Positions 52,104-60,258 of a stretch of DNA of 64,000 nucleotides are shown here, in pieces. Position 1 is the first letter of the stretch, and every line of letters starts with the position of its first letter. Source of the stretch: Candidatus Enterousia sp. (GTDB lineage Bacteria; Pseudomonadota; Alphaproteobacteria; Rs-D84); the NCBI GenBank assembly GCA_045646625.1, contig JAZRLB010000019.1, forward strand, positions 13,396 to 77,395, in the 5' to 3' direction. The notes beneath the pieces were generated by a model. It was not told the origin of the DNA, did not search any database, and worked only from the letters and a program-made list of their open reading frames with translations. The position numbers and the translations under genes are program-made.

Positions 52104-52538
52104 ATGGCAAAATCAGAAGATTATAAAACAATTGAATTGCCGGCCAATTACAAGCCTAAAAAATCAGAACCATATATGTGCCCAATGCAATTGGCATACT
52201 TTTATAATATACTTAACGCTCAGCGCGAAGAACTGCAAAGCAACAGTGATTCCGTATTAAACGCGATTCGCCTGGCCGATAAAACCGAGGCTGTTGGCGT
52301 AGGCGACGAATCAGACAACGCGACATACAACCAGGATATTACAATGGACCTGCGTATGTCTGACCGCAACAACAAACTGTTACAAAAGGTTAATGCGGCC
52401 CTTGACCGAATCGCAAACGGCACATATGGTTTCAGTGTTGTATCCGGCGACGAAATCGGGATTCAGCGTATGATGGCGCGCCCACTTGCCACAATGACAG
52501 TAGAAGAACAAGAAGAATACGAAGCACGTCGCAACTAA
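52104..52538 (+). CDS. dksA: RNA polymerase-binding transcription factor DksA (Cys-less C-terminal region)
   Basis: Coiled-coil with DxxDxA-type tip (GDESDNAT), ..ALDRIANGTYG..GDEIGIQRMMARP. The four zinc-finger Cys positions are S, S, T and E. Confidence 0.85.
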   Translation: MAKSEDYKTIELPANYKPKKSEPYMCPMQLAYFYNILNAQREELQSNSDSVLNAIRLADKTEAVGVGDESDNATYNQDITMDLRMSDRNNKLLQKVNAALDRIANGTYGFSVVSGDEIGIQRMMARPLATMTVEEQEEYEARRN

Positions 52539-52542
52539 ATCA

Positions 52543-52571
52543 AAATCCCACCAAACGGTGGGATTTTTTTT
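52543..52571 (+). terminator. Intrinsic terminator after dksA
   Basis: AAAATCCCACC-aaac-GGTGGGATTTTTTTT. Confidence 0.8.
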
Positions 52572-52674
52572 ACCCCCCCACCTAACAATAGGTCTTAGAT
52601 AAAATTTATATAAGCAAAACCGAAATCTTCATACCCGCTCAGGAATAACAAAAGTTTTTAATATTCTAGTCCCC

Positions 52675-52705
52675 TTGTCATTGCGACCATAGCATAGCAA
52701 TCCAG
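52675..52705. repeat. Solitary palindromic (REP/RPE-like) element
   Basis: TTGTCATTGCGACCATAGCATAGCAATCCAG. Stem ATTGC/GCAAT. The flanks TTGTCAT...CCAG resemble the 44-bp unit at 8857-8988. Confidence 0.55.
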
Positions 52706-52719
52706 TCTATTATTCCAAC

Positions 52720-53067
52720 CTATCTCATTCTGCTGTGTACGCACGTTTTCCGGCAAATATTAAGCGCCTTTTGATACTTGCGTTTAGCATCATCAACAAC
52801 CAATGTGGCATATCGCCCAAACACTTGGGCATCTGAACAAACCATACTTACGCTAAACAATTTTACATCACCGGCACACATCGCAAAATCAATAAAAAAC
52901 CTTTGCTTACCGTTTGCTCTATTATAGTTACTCTGAATATTAGGTCGCATTGAAATCAGACAGTGTTCTGCACACCCATCGCAACGCAAATCCTGGGGCA
53001 CAACCACCGATTCAAAATTCTGCACCCCTTTAAAAATGGGATATCTTGCAATACATTTATACGGCAT
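52720..53067 (-). CDS. Hypothetical Cys-containing small protein
   Basis: ORF begins 9 nt (ATG) or 0 nt (GTG) after the hlyIII stop. Contains a CDGCAEHC motif. No family recognised. Confidence 0.45.
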   Translation of the reverse strand: MPYKCIARYPIFKGVQNFESVVVPQDLRCDGCAEHCLISMRPNIQSNYNRANGKQRFFIDFAMCAGDVKLFSVSMVCSDAQVFGRYATLVVDDAKRKYQKALNICRKTCVHSRMR

Positions 53068-53076
53068 AACACGCAC

Positions 53077-53814
53077 CTATAAATCCAAAATACACCCAAA
53101 CAAAACGGCAAAGAAGAAACATACACTGCCCCCAATTACAAACAGGTGCCAAACCGCATGTGAAAACTTCATTTTACGCCACAGATAGAATATAACACCA
53201 ATTGTGTACGATAACCCGCCCGCCAAGATAAACCACAGACCACGTTCTGGAATACTGCGAATCATTGCTGGTAATATGAACAGCAAAGTCCACCCCATTG
53301 CGACATATAACGCGACCATCCACTTTGGTTGTTGACGTGGATTTTTAATCTTCATATACGACCCAAACAGTACAATTCCCCACAGAATCGCAAAGACAAT
53401 CCAACCAATAAATCCGCGTAAATTCACCAACAAAAACGGCGTATACGTACCCGCAATCAATGCATAGATTGCAATACTGTCCCACACCTCAAAAAAACAT
53501 TCGTTCTTTTTACCAATTGTTGCATGACACATTGTTGAACCAAAATACAGGGTTATCATCGTCACACCAAAAATCGCACACGAAACAATTGCCCATACAT
53601 CACCTTTGATACCAGCAAACACAACCAACAATGTCAATGCAGCGATGGCCAATCCAATACCAATACCGTGGGTCAGGATATTTACAACCTCTTCCCCGTG
53701 CGTACTTGGCTTTTCCCAACGAAACAACCCCGTCGCCCGCAACATCTTCAACAGTTTTGACGCATGCTCATCTTTCTTTACTGCGCGAATACGCGCCCGT
53801 TTTGCCTGTGTCAT
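53077..53814 (-). CDS. Hemolysin III / PAQR family channel protein
   Basis: Seven TM segments. HGIGIGLA.. N-motif and ..SHAVWHLFV.. C-motif. Confidence 0.85.
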   Translation of the reverse strand: MTQAKRARIRAVKKDEHASKLLKMLRATGLFRWEKPSTHGEEVVNILTHGIGIGLAIAALTLLVVFAGIKGDVWAIVSCAIFGVTMITLYFGSTMCHATIGKKNECFFEVWDSIAIYALIAGTYTPFLLVNLRGFIGWIVFAILWGIVLFGSYMKIKNPRQQPKWMVALYVAMGWTLLFILPAMIRSIPERGLWFILAGGLSYTIGVIFYLWRKMKFSHAVWHLFVIGGSVCFFFAVLFGCILDL

Positions 53815-55388
53815 TTTATTAGCCCTTCGATTCGTTTGATAACGCGTTCACCGCCCATAACCGACATAATTGAATACAGGTCTGGTGTATTTGTACGTCC
53901 TGACAATGCCACACGCAGGTTCATTGCAACATCACCATTTTTGACGCCACATTTTTCTGCCACCTCAACAATTTTTGCCCACCAGGCATCCTTATCATCC
54001 GATTCGTTATACGTTTCCAAGAACGCTTTTAACACATCTTTATTAAATTCATATTCTGCATTTGGCACAAACAATTCATCCCAGAAAAACGCAACATTTT
54101 CCAATGTCTGGGACCAAGTAATAAAGTCTTTACGTACACGCTTTGGATTATCGCGTTCGATGCCCAAAACACCTGTCAGATAACTTGCATCCGCGACCTG
54201 CATTTTGTTAACATCTGTTCCATATTCATTTGCCCAATTTACAACACGATTGATCAACTCTGGCACAGGCAACGAACCAATAAATTCCTTGGCCCACCAT
54301 TCCAACTTTTTCATATCAAACAAGGCGCCCGACATAGGAATCTTTTTTGCGCGCATTTCATAATCCCAGAACGATTTAACCTGTCCTTTCATTTTTGCTT
54401 CTTCATATCCAGATGCCGCAATATTCCCCAGATATTCAATTACTGCCTCAACCGGCCAACCCGCTTCCAAGAAAAACGCAACATTTGCTTCTGGGTCTTT
54501 ACGTTTTGACAGTTTACGTTGTTTTCCTGTTTCTTCATCAATCTTATCAATGGTTGATGTATGAATATACAACGGCGCATTCCAGCCCATCATACGAAAC
54601 AATTGCACATGCAACGGTAATGATGGCAACCATTCTTCACCACGAATAACGTGTGTTGTACGCATAAAATGGTCATCACACAAATGCGCAAAATGATATG
54701 TTGGCAACCCATCATTTGACTTAATCAGAACAATATCTTCGTTATTTTCTGGGAAACCAATTGAACCGCGAACTGCATCCTTACAGAAAATACGCTGTTC
54801 TGGATTTCCACTGGAATACAGGCGTACAGACGGCACCAAACCATTATCCAAATTTGCAATAATCTCATCCTCACTCAGATTCCTGTCACGCGCAAACTCA
54901 CCATAGATACCTGTTGGAAAACCTGCGGACTTTTGATTTTCTCTGATTTGTTCCATATCATTCGCACTCAAGAAACAAGGGTATGCCAACCCAGTTTCTA
55001 ACAAATGTGCAACAACACTATGATAAATATCTTTGCGTTGCGATTGATAATACGGCCCATAACTTTCAACATTATTATATTTCAAACCGAATCGATCCAT
55101 AGACTCGTTAATAATCTGAACAGCATTTGCAACTTCACGTTTTGTATCAGTATCTTCGATACGCAACATAAACACACCGCCCGATTGCGCCGCCAATTTA
55201 CAGTCTATTAACGCACCATACAATCCACCAATATGCATATATCCGGTTGGACTGGGCGCAAAACGTGTCACCATTGCCCCATCTGGCAAATTGCGCGCAG
55301 GGAACTTTTCTTCCAGTTCTGCAATTGTATATCTAGGCGCACCACCCAAAATACGTACGATTAAATCCTTTGACAAACCATTTCTCAT
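53811..55388 (-). CDS. gltX: Glutamate--tRNA ligase (long form, 525 aa)
   Basis: RFAPSPTGYMHIGG (HIGH), LRIEDTD, KLSKRK (KMSKS). Confidence 0.9.
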   Translation of the reverse strand: MRNGLSKDLIVRILGGAPRYTIAELEEKFPARNLPDGAMVTRFAPSPTGYMHIGGLYGALIDCKLAAQSGGVFMLRIEDTDTKREVANAVQIINESMDRFGLKYNNVESYGPYYQSQRKDIYHSVVAHLLETGLAYPCFLSANDMEQIRENQKSAGFPTGIYGEFARDRNLSEDEIIANLDNGLVPSVRLYSSGNPEQRIFCKDAVRGSIGFPENNEDIVLIKSNDGLPTYHFAHLCDDHFMRTTHVIRGEEWLPSLPLHVQLFRMMGWNAPLYIHTSTIDKIDEETGKQRKLSKRKDPEANVAFFLEAGWPVEAVIEYLGNIAASGYEEAKMKGQVKSFWDYEMRAKKIPMSGALFDMKKLEWWAKEFIGSLPVPELINRVVNWANEYGTDVNKMQVADASYLTGVLGIERDNPKRVRKDFITWSQTLENVAFFWDELFVPNAEYEFNKDVLKAFLETYNESDDKDAWWAKIVEVAEKCGVKNGDVAMNLRVALSGRTNTPDLYSIMSVMGGERVIKRIEGLIK

Positions 55389-55389
55389 T

Positions 55390-55944
55390 TTACTTACCCT
55401 TTTCCCATTCTGATTTTAATTTCGAATAAATTGCAACATCTTGAATTGCACCTGGACGAACAATTTCACGCTGACGCAAAATTCCATCTTGATTAAACCC
55501 AAGTCTTTCTGGAATTGCACGCGACTTCTTGTTTTCAATAGCCGCCTGAATTTCAACACGATTCGCCCCCCACACATCGAATGCCAATCCTGTTAATTTA
55601 CCTACTGCACGGATCATAATACCACGACCATTCATTGCCTTATCCAACCAATATCCAATTTCAACAGTCTGTTTTGATTTATGTTCTTGAACAAAGCCAA
55701 CCATACCGTGTATCGCACCATTTACAAATATCAAATATTTTCCCGTATCCTTTTGCGCCACAGATTGCACAACACAAAACTCATCCTCTGGGCCTTTTAC
55801 AAAGTCCACCCAGCCCAACCAAGGCATTAAAAAAGCACGATTTTTATCCACCATACGAAACAACTCTGTTGCCAATTGAAAAGTCGCCTCAGGTTTACGC
55901 ATTTCAAAATCACCACAATCTATTCGCTCTGGATATTCAATCAT
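55390..55944 (-). CDS. GNAT N-acetyltransferase (RimJ/RimL-like)
   Basis: ..VEIGYWLDKAMNGRGIM.., NKKSRAIPERLGFNQDGILR pattern. Confidence 0.75.
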   Translation of the reverse strand: MIEYPERIDCGDFEMRKPEATFQLATELFRMVDKNRAFLMPWLGWVDFVKGPEDEFCVVQSVAQKDTGKYLIFVNGAIHGMVGFVQEHKSKQTVEIGYWLDKAMNGRGIMIRAVGKLTGLAFDVWGANRVEIQAAIENKKSRAIPERLGFNQDGILRQREIVRPGAIQDVAIYSKLKSEWEKGK

Positions 55945-55991
55945 AGTATATATTCCTTGTGTTTTAACAAAGTCAATTCTATACTAAAACT

Positions 55992-56612
55992 ATGGAAAAA
56001 CAAGAAATAAGAACATTTGGACGCCGTCATGGCAAAAAATTATCTACGCGCCAACAAACACTGATTGACGAATTGTTACCAATATTAAAACCAACGACTG
56101 GAAACATACTGGAAATTGGCTTTGGTGCGGGTGAACACGTACGCGACCTGGCACAAACAAATCCAGAAAAAATCATCATTGGCGCCGAACCATTTATGAA
56201 CGGCGTGGCAAGTTTATTATCCGCAATAACAGACGATAAAACAAATCTGGTTTTTGACGAATATAAAAACATCAGAATCTGGGCGGACGACGTTCGTGAT
56301 TTTCTGCGCGAAACCGATTCGAAATTTGAACAGATTTGGATTTTGCATCCCGACCCCTGGCCCAAGGCCCGCCACGAAAAACGTCGCCTGCTGTCTGCGG
56401 AATTTCTGAACACATTGTCTAAATATTTAACCCCAGACGGCGAAATTATTATTGGCACCGATCATTGGGAATATTTTGATTGGATTCTGGATCAAATTAA
56501 GTCCACAGATCTGTCTGCGACAATCCCGGATATGGAAATAATACAAACGCGCTATCAACATAAAAACAAGGCTGGAACAGATGCGCCAAAGTATTTAATT
56601 CTTAGAAATTAA
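55992..56612 (+). CDS. trmB: tRNA (guanine46-N7)-methyltransferase
   Basis: EIGFGAGEH.. and HPDPWPKARHEKRRL motifs. Confidence 0.9.
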   Translation: MEKQEIRTFGRRHGKKLSTRQQTLIDELLPILKPTTGNILEIGFGAGEHVRDLAQTNPEKIIIGAEPFMNGVASLLSAITDDKTNLVFDEYKNIRIWADDVRDFLRETDSKFEQIWILHPDPWPKARHEKRRLLSAEFLNTLSKYLTPDGEIIIGTDHWEYFDWILDQIKSTDLSATIPDMEIIQTRYQHKNKAGTDAPKYLILRN

Positions 56613-57309
56613 TCCAGAACCGCAAGTCCCCCATCAACCCTGGCCGCATTTGTTGCACCAAACGTTGTGCCTGTTCTATACGCAGTAAATTCGGACCAAA
56701 TGCGAAATGCAGATTAAATTTATTTTCCGTCCCCCAGGCATTCAGCATCGCATAAATTCGCCCCACAAAATCAGATTTATTACCCACATCATCAGCAAAA
56801 GCCATTATCACAGACGACGCATTTATTTTTCTTAAATTTTCAAACACTGTCCCCCAGTCAAATGGACCAATATCAGAAATATCCATTCCGATTGACAAAT
56901 CTTTGTTAAAAAACAAATCATCGCGCACAACGTGCGTCTGCTCTACCAAATCCGTCAATGCCACACGCGGCAAAAATATTTGTGCCCCGTGCGCCCCCTG
57001 ACGCAGGGCGGCATTTATACGCACCGTCACATCTGAAATATGTTTTTCTGTGATATTTTTAGTATCCAGATAAAATCTGGCCATTATTCTTACATCGCTG
57101 TTTTCCAGCCACGGCCATACAGTTTGAACTGCATTTGGCGTCACCGACAGTACCGATATTCCATTACCCGTTGCAAACTGGGCAGCACGTGCCAACTCAA
57201 CCGAATCTATGTCGGTTCCGCACCATAACGCCGTATTTCCACCCAGAGATTCAAAAACCGCATTTTTATCAATCATAACGCTTTTTAGTTTATCACAAAT
57301 ATGATACAA
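56602..57309 (-). CDS. Hypothetical protein (weak DeoC/TIM-barrel-like pattern)
   Basis: 235-aa uninterrupted ORF of normal composition. ..GISVLSVTPNAVQ..SDVRIMARF.. is loosely aldolase-like, but the Schiff-base Lys is not evident. Confidence 0.5.
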   Translation of the reverse strand: MYHICDKLKSVMIDKNAVFESLGGNTALWCGTDIDSVELARAAQFATGNGISVLSVTPNAVQTVWPWLENSDVRIMARFYLDTKNITEKHISDVTVRINAALRQGAHGAQIFLPRVALTDLVEQTHVVRDDLFFNKDLSIGMDISDIGPFDWGTVFENLRKINASSVIMAFADDVGNKSDFVGRIYAMLNAWGTENKFNLHFAFGPNLLRIEQAQRLVQQMRPGLMGDLRFWINF

Positions 57310-57320
57310 TTAAAAACGTT

Positions 57321-58265
57321 ATGATGGATAAATTAGACAACTTTCTACTTGCAATCTTGTGGCTGCTGGCATCGACGCTAGGGGTATGTTTTTGGTTTAA
57401 TGTTCGATTCGGCTTTAACATATTTTCATCTACCCATTGGCATCATCTGGCATATATGCAGGCATCACAAACACCTGTTTCACCATTATTTTATATCTCT
57501 GTGGTACTATCTGTTATTGTGATTATATACGGCTTGTATTTATTGATTAAGCCGCGCTTCAGAAAAATCCGCATTCCAATTCGTCACATATCCCGTGCAC
57601 GCGCACGCCGTGCCGCCAACGTACCAACCCAAAAAATTGCACCATCGCAACAAAAACAGCAAATACTCGACGCCCCCCAATCAACACCCACACCGCAACC
57701 CGACCCACAAACACCACCCCCCAACATACAACAACCTGAGGCAACGCCATACGGTATGTCACGTCCACCGCGTTTGAATATATCTACCCCCCCTCAGTTA
57801 TATAATGCACCAACCGCACAACACGCACAAAATCCACACACAACATCAGATCAAAGCTGGCCTGAAATTCGCGAAATTTTTGAGTCAGCGGGCTATACTG
57901 TTAAAAACAATCCACGCATCAACGGTATGCAAACAACCTTGTTTGCCATTGGCACGAACGAAAGCATATGGATTGGCGCAGTAGGCGTCCCTACAAATGC
58001 AGTACATTCAGCCATTGATACATTAAACCAAGTATTTTCTGACACCTTGGACGACATATTAATAAATGTGACAGGCTTTGTTATTTCTGCACCTGACGCA
58101 TCCGCACCTGGGGCACCTGATATATTAACATTTGACACCACGGGCGACTTGCGCCAATATATGTCAGAACATCCAAATCCACCTTTAGGCGAAGACGACA
58201 GCGAAAACTTCGATGCCTTCTCGTCCTATATATCAACGGTAATTGAATATCTAGGTAAGATTTAA
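57321..58265 (+). CDS. Hypothetical membrane protein: 2 TM, Pro/Gln-rich linker, globular C-domain
   Basis: TM segments LLAILWLLASTLGVCFWF and LFYISVVLSVIVIIYGLYLLI. Linker QSTPTPQPDPQTPPPNIQQPEATP... First gene of a coupled 4-gene set. Confidence 0.6.
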   Translation: MMDKLDNFLLAILWLLASTLGVCFWFNVRFGFNIFSSTHWHHLAYMQASQTPVSPLFYISVVLSVIVIIYGLYLLIKPRFRKIRIPIRHISRARARRAANVPTQKIAPSQQKQQILDAPQSTPTPQPDPQTPPPNIQQPEATPYGMSRPPRLNISTPPQLYNAPTAQHAQNPHTTSDQSWPEIREIFESAGYTVKNNPRINGMQTTLFAIGTNESIWIGAVGVPTNAVHSAIDTLNQVFSDTLDDILINVTGFVISAPDASAPGAPDILTFDTTGDLRQYMSEHPNPPLGEDDSENFDAFSSYISTVIEYLGKI

Positions 58266-58768
58266 TGCAATTAAACGCCGGCGCCGCAGAAAAAATAATA
58301 TCAGATATGGGTATGTCAGATTTACCCCTGATTGAATTGCACCCAACACCCACTCCCGTTTCACCTGATTGGTTTTCAAAATATAAATCATTATGCCACG
58401 AATTTATGTCATCCCTGACCGACACAGTTGAAACATTGGCATTTATGAACCTTGACCAAGATGAATTTATGTCAATCTTAATGGGACGCGCCCTGCCCCA
58501 AAACATCTCTATTCGCCTTCGCACACCATTGGTATGGGGCGGCAAATTAGAACTTGATAATTTATTTATGTGCTGGACATACCCACATTCATACAATATG
58601 GATCGATTTATCATCAGTCAATATGATGCAAAAACCATATGGTTGCCCAACCCTGCAAAAAAGATATACTTACCTGCACATACCACAGGCGGCGGGGACG
58701 GCGGCAATGCAACCGAAGATCGCCTGGCACAAATAAGCGCCCAAATTGCGGCGGATCGCGACATATAG
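58265..58768 (+). CDS. Hypothetical protein (167 aa)
   Basis: Its ATG overlaps the upstream TAA (TAATG). Contains ..RTPLVWGGKLELDNLFMCWTYPH.. No family recognised. Confidence 0.55.
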   Translation: MQLNAGAAEKIISDMGMSDLPLIELHPTPTPVSPDWFSKYKSLCHEFMSSLTDTVETLAFMNLDQDEFMSILMGRALPQNISIRLRTPLVWGGKLELDNLFMCWTYPHSYNMDRFIISQYDAKTIWLPNPAKKIYLPAHTTGGGDGGNATEDRLAQISAQIAADRDI

Positions 58769-58785
58769 ACATTGGGGTAAACAAA

Positions 58786-59220
58786 ATGACAACAGACGAA
58801 TTTTTATCACATATAAAATCCCGTGGCGCATTAATGGCCACCCCAATCAGTCCCAATCAAATAGCACTAACCAACACATCATTACAACAGCGACGTCGGG
58901 CAATGCTACCTGTATTTATGTCTGAACTGTATACAAAAACTGGCGGAATTATATTGGGCAGCGGTTGCGTATTCAGCCCAAATGAAATCCCCCAAGGCCT
59001 GCGTTTTCCCATCCCCTCTATAATCCAGGTAAATGATGATATGTCCAACCTGCCCCAAACTGTAGGCAAAACGATTTTTGGGCGCAACGACCTGTTTTGG
59101 TTTGCTTTTGACGCATTTGGTATTTGCTATATGCTGGACAACCTGTCACTATCACCATTGCGAAAATATGACGCCCCATACCGGGCATTAACAGACTGTC
59201 TTATTGCCGGAAAAATTTAA
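58786..59220 (+). CDS. Hypothetical protein, possibly SUKH/SMI1-KNR4-like
   Basis: ATG at 58786, in frame with ORF 58639-59220. ..MLPVFMSELYTKTGGIIL.. and ..LFWFAFDAFGICYMLD.. resemble the SUKH layout. Confidence 0.5.
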   Translation: MTTDEFLSHIKSRGALMATPISPNQIALTNTSLQQRRRAMLPVFMSELYTKTGGIILGSGCVFSPNEIPQGLRFPIPSIIQVNDDMSNLPQTVGKTIFGRNDLFWFAFDAFGICYMLDNLSLSPLRKYDAPYRALTDCLIAGKI

Positions 59221-59221
59221 A

Positions 59222-59440
59222 ATGAAAAAAATATCCGTATCTTTATCAGGCCATCAAACCAGCATCACATTGGAACCAGAATTCATCGATGCATTACACG
59301 CACTGGTTGCACGCAGTGGCAAATCCATTGCACAAACGATTGCCGAAATTGACGACGCGCGCACCCCCGGCACAAATCTATCATCCGCGGTCCGTGTATG
59401 GGTATTAAACCAAATGATACTGCGACTAGGTGGAAATTAA
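59222..59440 (+). CDS. Ribbon-helix-helix (RHH_4-type) domain protein
   Basis: ISVSLSGHQTSITLEPEFIDAL..IAEIDDAR...NLSSAVRVWVL matches the RHH_4 family pattern. Starts 2 nt after the previous stop. Confidence 0.75.
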   Translation: MKKISVSLSGHQTSITLEPEFIDALHALVARSGKSIAQTIAEIDDARTPGTNLSSAVRVWVLNQMILRLGGN

Positions 59441-59449
59441 AAACGACGA

Positions 59450-60244
59450 TTACCGAAAGCCAACACGAAATTCATCACCCCAAGATGCAAGTTCTTGGCC
59501 ACCAATGACGCACTTGATTTTTTCAAAACCGTCTTCAACCTGATTCTTTTTGACAACATGACTTGTCACTAAACCGCCAGCAGTCCCCAGCACCACCCCT
59601 GCAATCATATCAGACGACAAACGAGCCGTATTAAACTCACCAGAGGCATTTTTCCAAACACTGACATCACCACGAAACTTATCGTGCACATCCCGCAGTT
59701 TTGAATATATAGCATCCAGATCCCCCTGCTTTGTACACCTAACATTCGGATTTGAATTTTTACAATCATCCGAATTTATACTCGAATTTTTACACACCAA
59801 TGAAAATTCATATTTACGATTATTTTCATCAACCAAAACATAATTTTCCGCACAGGTCATCGGCACACATTTTTTTACCCCCAGATGGTACTGAGCTGTG
59901 GCCGCATTTAATCTGACCAATTCACTTTTCCCACAACCAATCACCGACACCTCATCTAACTCTAATGGTTTTAAATCCAATAAAATATTTAAATTCGCCG
60001 CCGCCGGAACTTCTTTGGCTGAATACCCAACAGACGAAACCATTAATACCGCAGAATCGGCAACACCTTTTAACACAAACTTTCCATCCAGGTCCGCCGC
60101 GACACCATTATGCGCTCCTTTCTCCAACACGGTCGCCCCAATCACGGGCTCTTTTGTCTCGCTGTCTAAAACAACCCCCGACACATCCAGCGCAAATGCC
60201 CGTGTCACATTTAATACAAACAACACAATAAAATATCTCGACAT
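59450..60244 (-). CDS. Secreted protein: CarboxypepD_reg-like N-domain, Cys-containing middle, and the conserved C-terminal module shared with 7212-8756
   Basis: MSRYFIVLFVLNVTRAFA signal peptide. VSGVVLDSETKEPVIGATVLEKG..DLDGKFVLKG..VSSVGYSAKEV pattern. The C-terminal 85 aa are homologous to the tail of 7212-8756. Confidence 0.7.
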   Translation of the reverse strand: MSRYFIVLFVLNVTRAFALDVSGVVLDSETKEPVIGATVLEKGAHNGVAADLDGKFVLKGVADSAVLMVSSVGYSAKEVPAAANLNILLDLKPLELDEVSVIGCGKSELVRLNAATAQYHLGVKKCVPMTCAENYVLVDENNRKYEFSLVCKNSSINSDDCKNSNPNVRCTKQGDLDAIYSKLRDVHDKFRGDVSVWKNASGEFNTARLSSDMIAGVVLGTAGGLVTSHVVKKNQVEDGFEKIKCVIGGQELASWGDEFRVGFR

Positions 60245-60258
60245 ATACTCGTTATATC

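Noticed and set aside
51703-52131. 142-aa minus-strand ORF overlapping trxA, and the 21-aa upstream extension of the trxA ORF (51719-51781)
   Set aside because: The plus-strand frame encodes a textbook thioredoxin (WCGPC) starting at ATG 51782 with a good RBS. The minus-strand ORF is its shadow.
57711-57793. C6/C7 homopolymers inside ORF 57321-58265 as phase-variation switches
   Set aside because: They encode the Pro runs (PPP) of a Pro-rich linker, so CCC codon strings are expected. The tracts are shorter than the length usually associated with efficient slippage.
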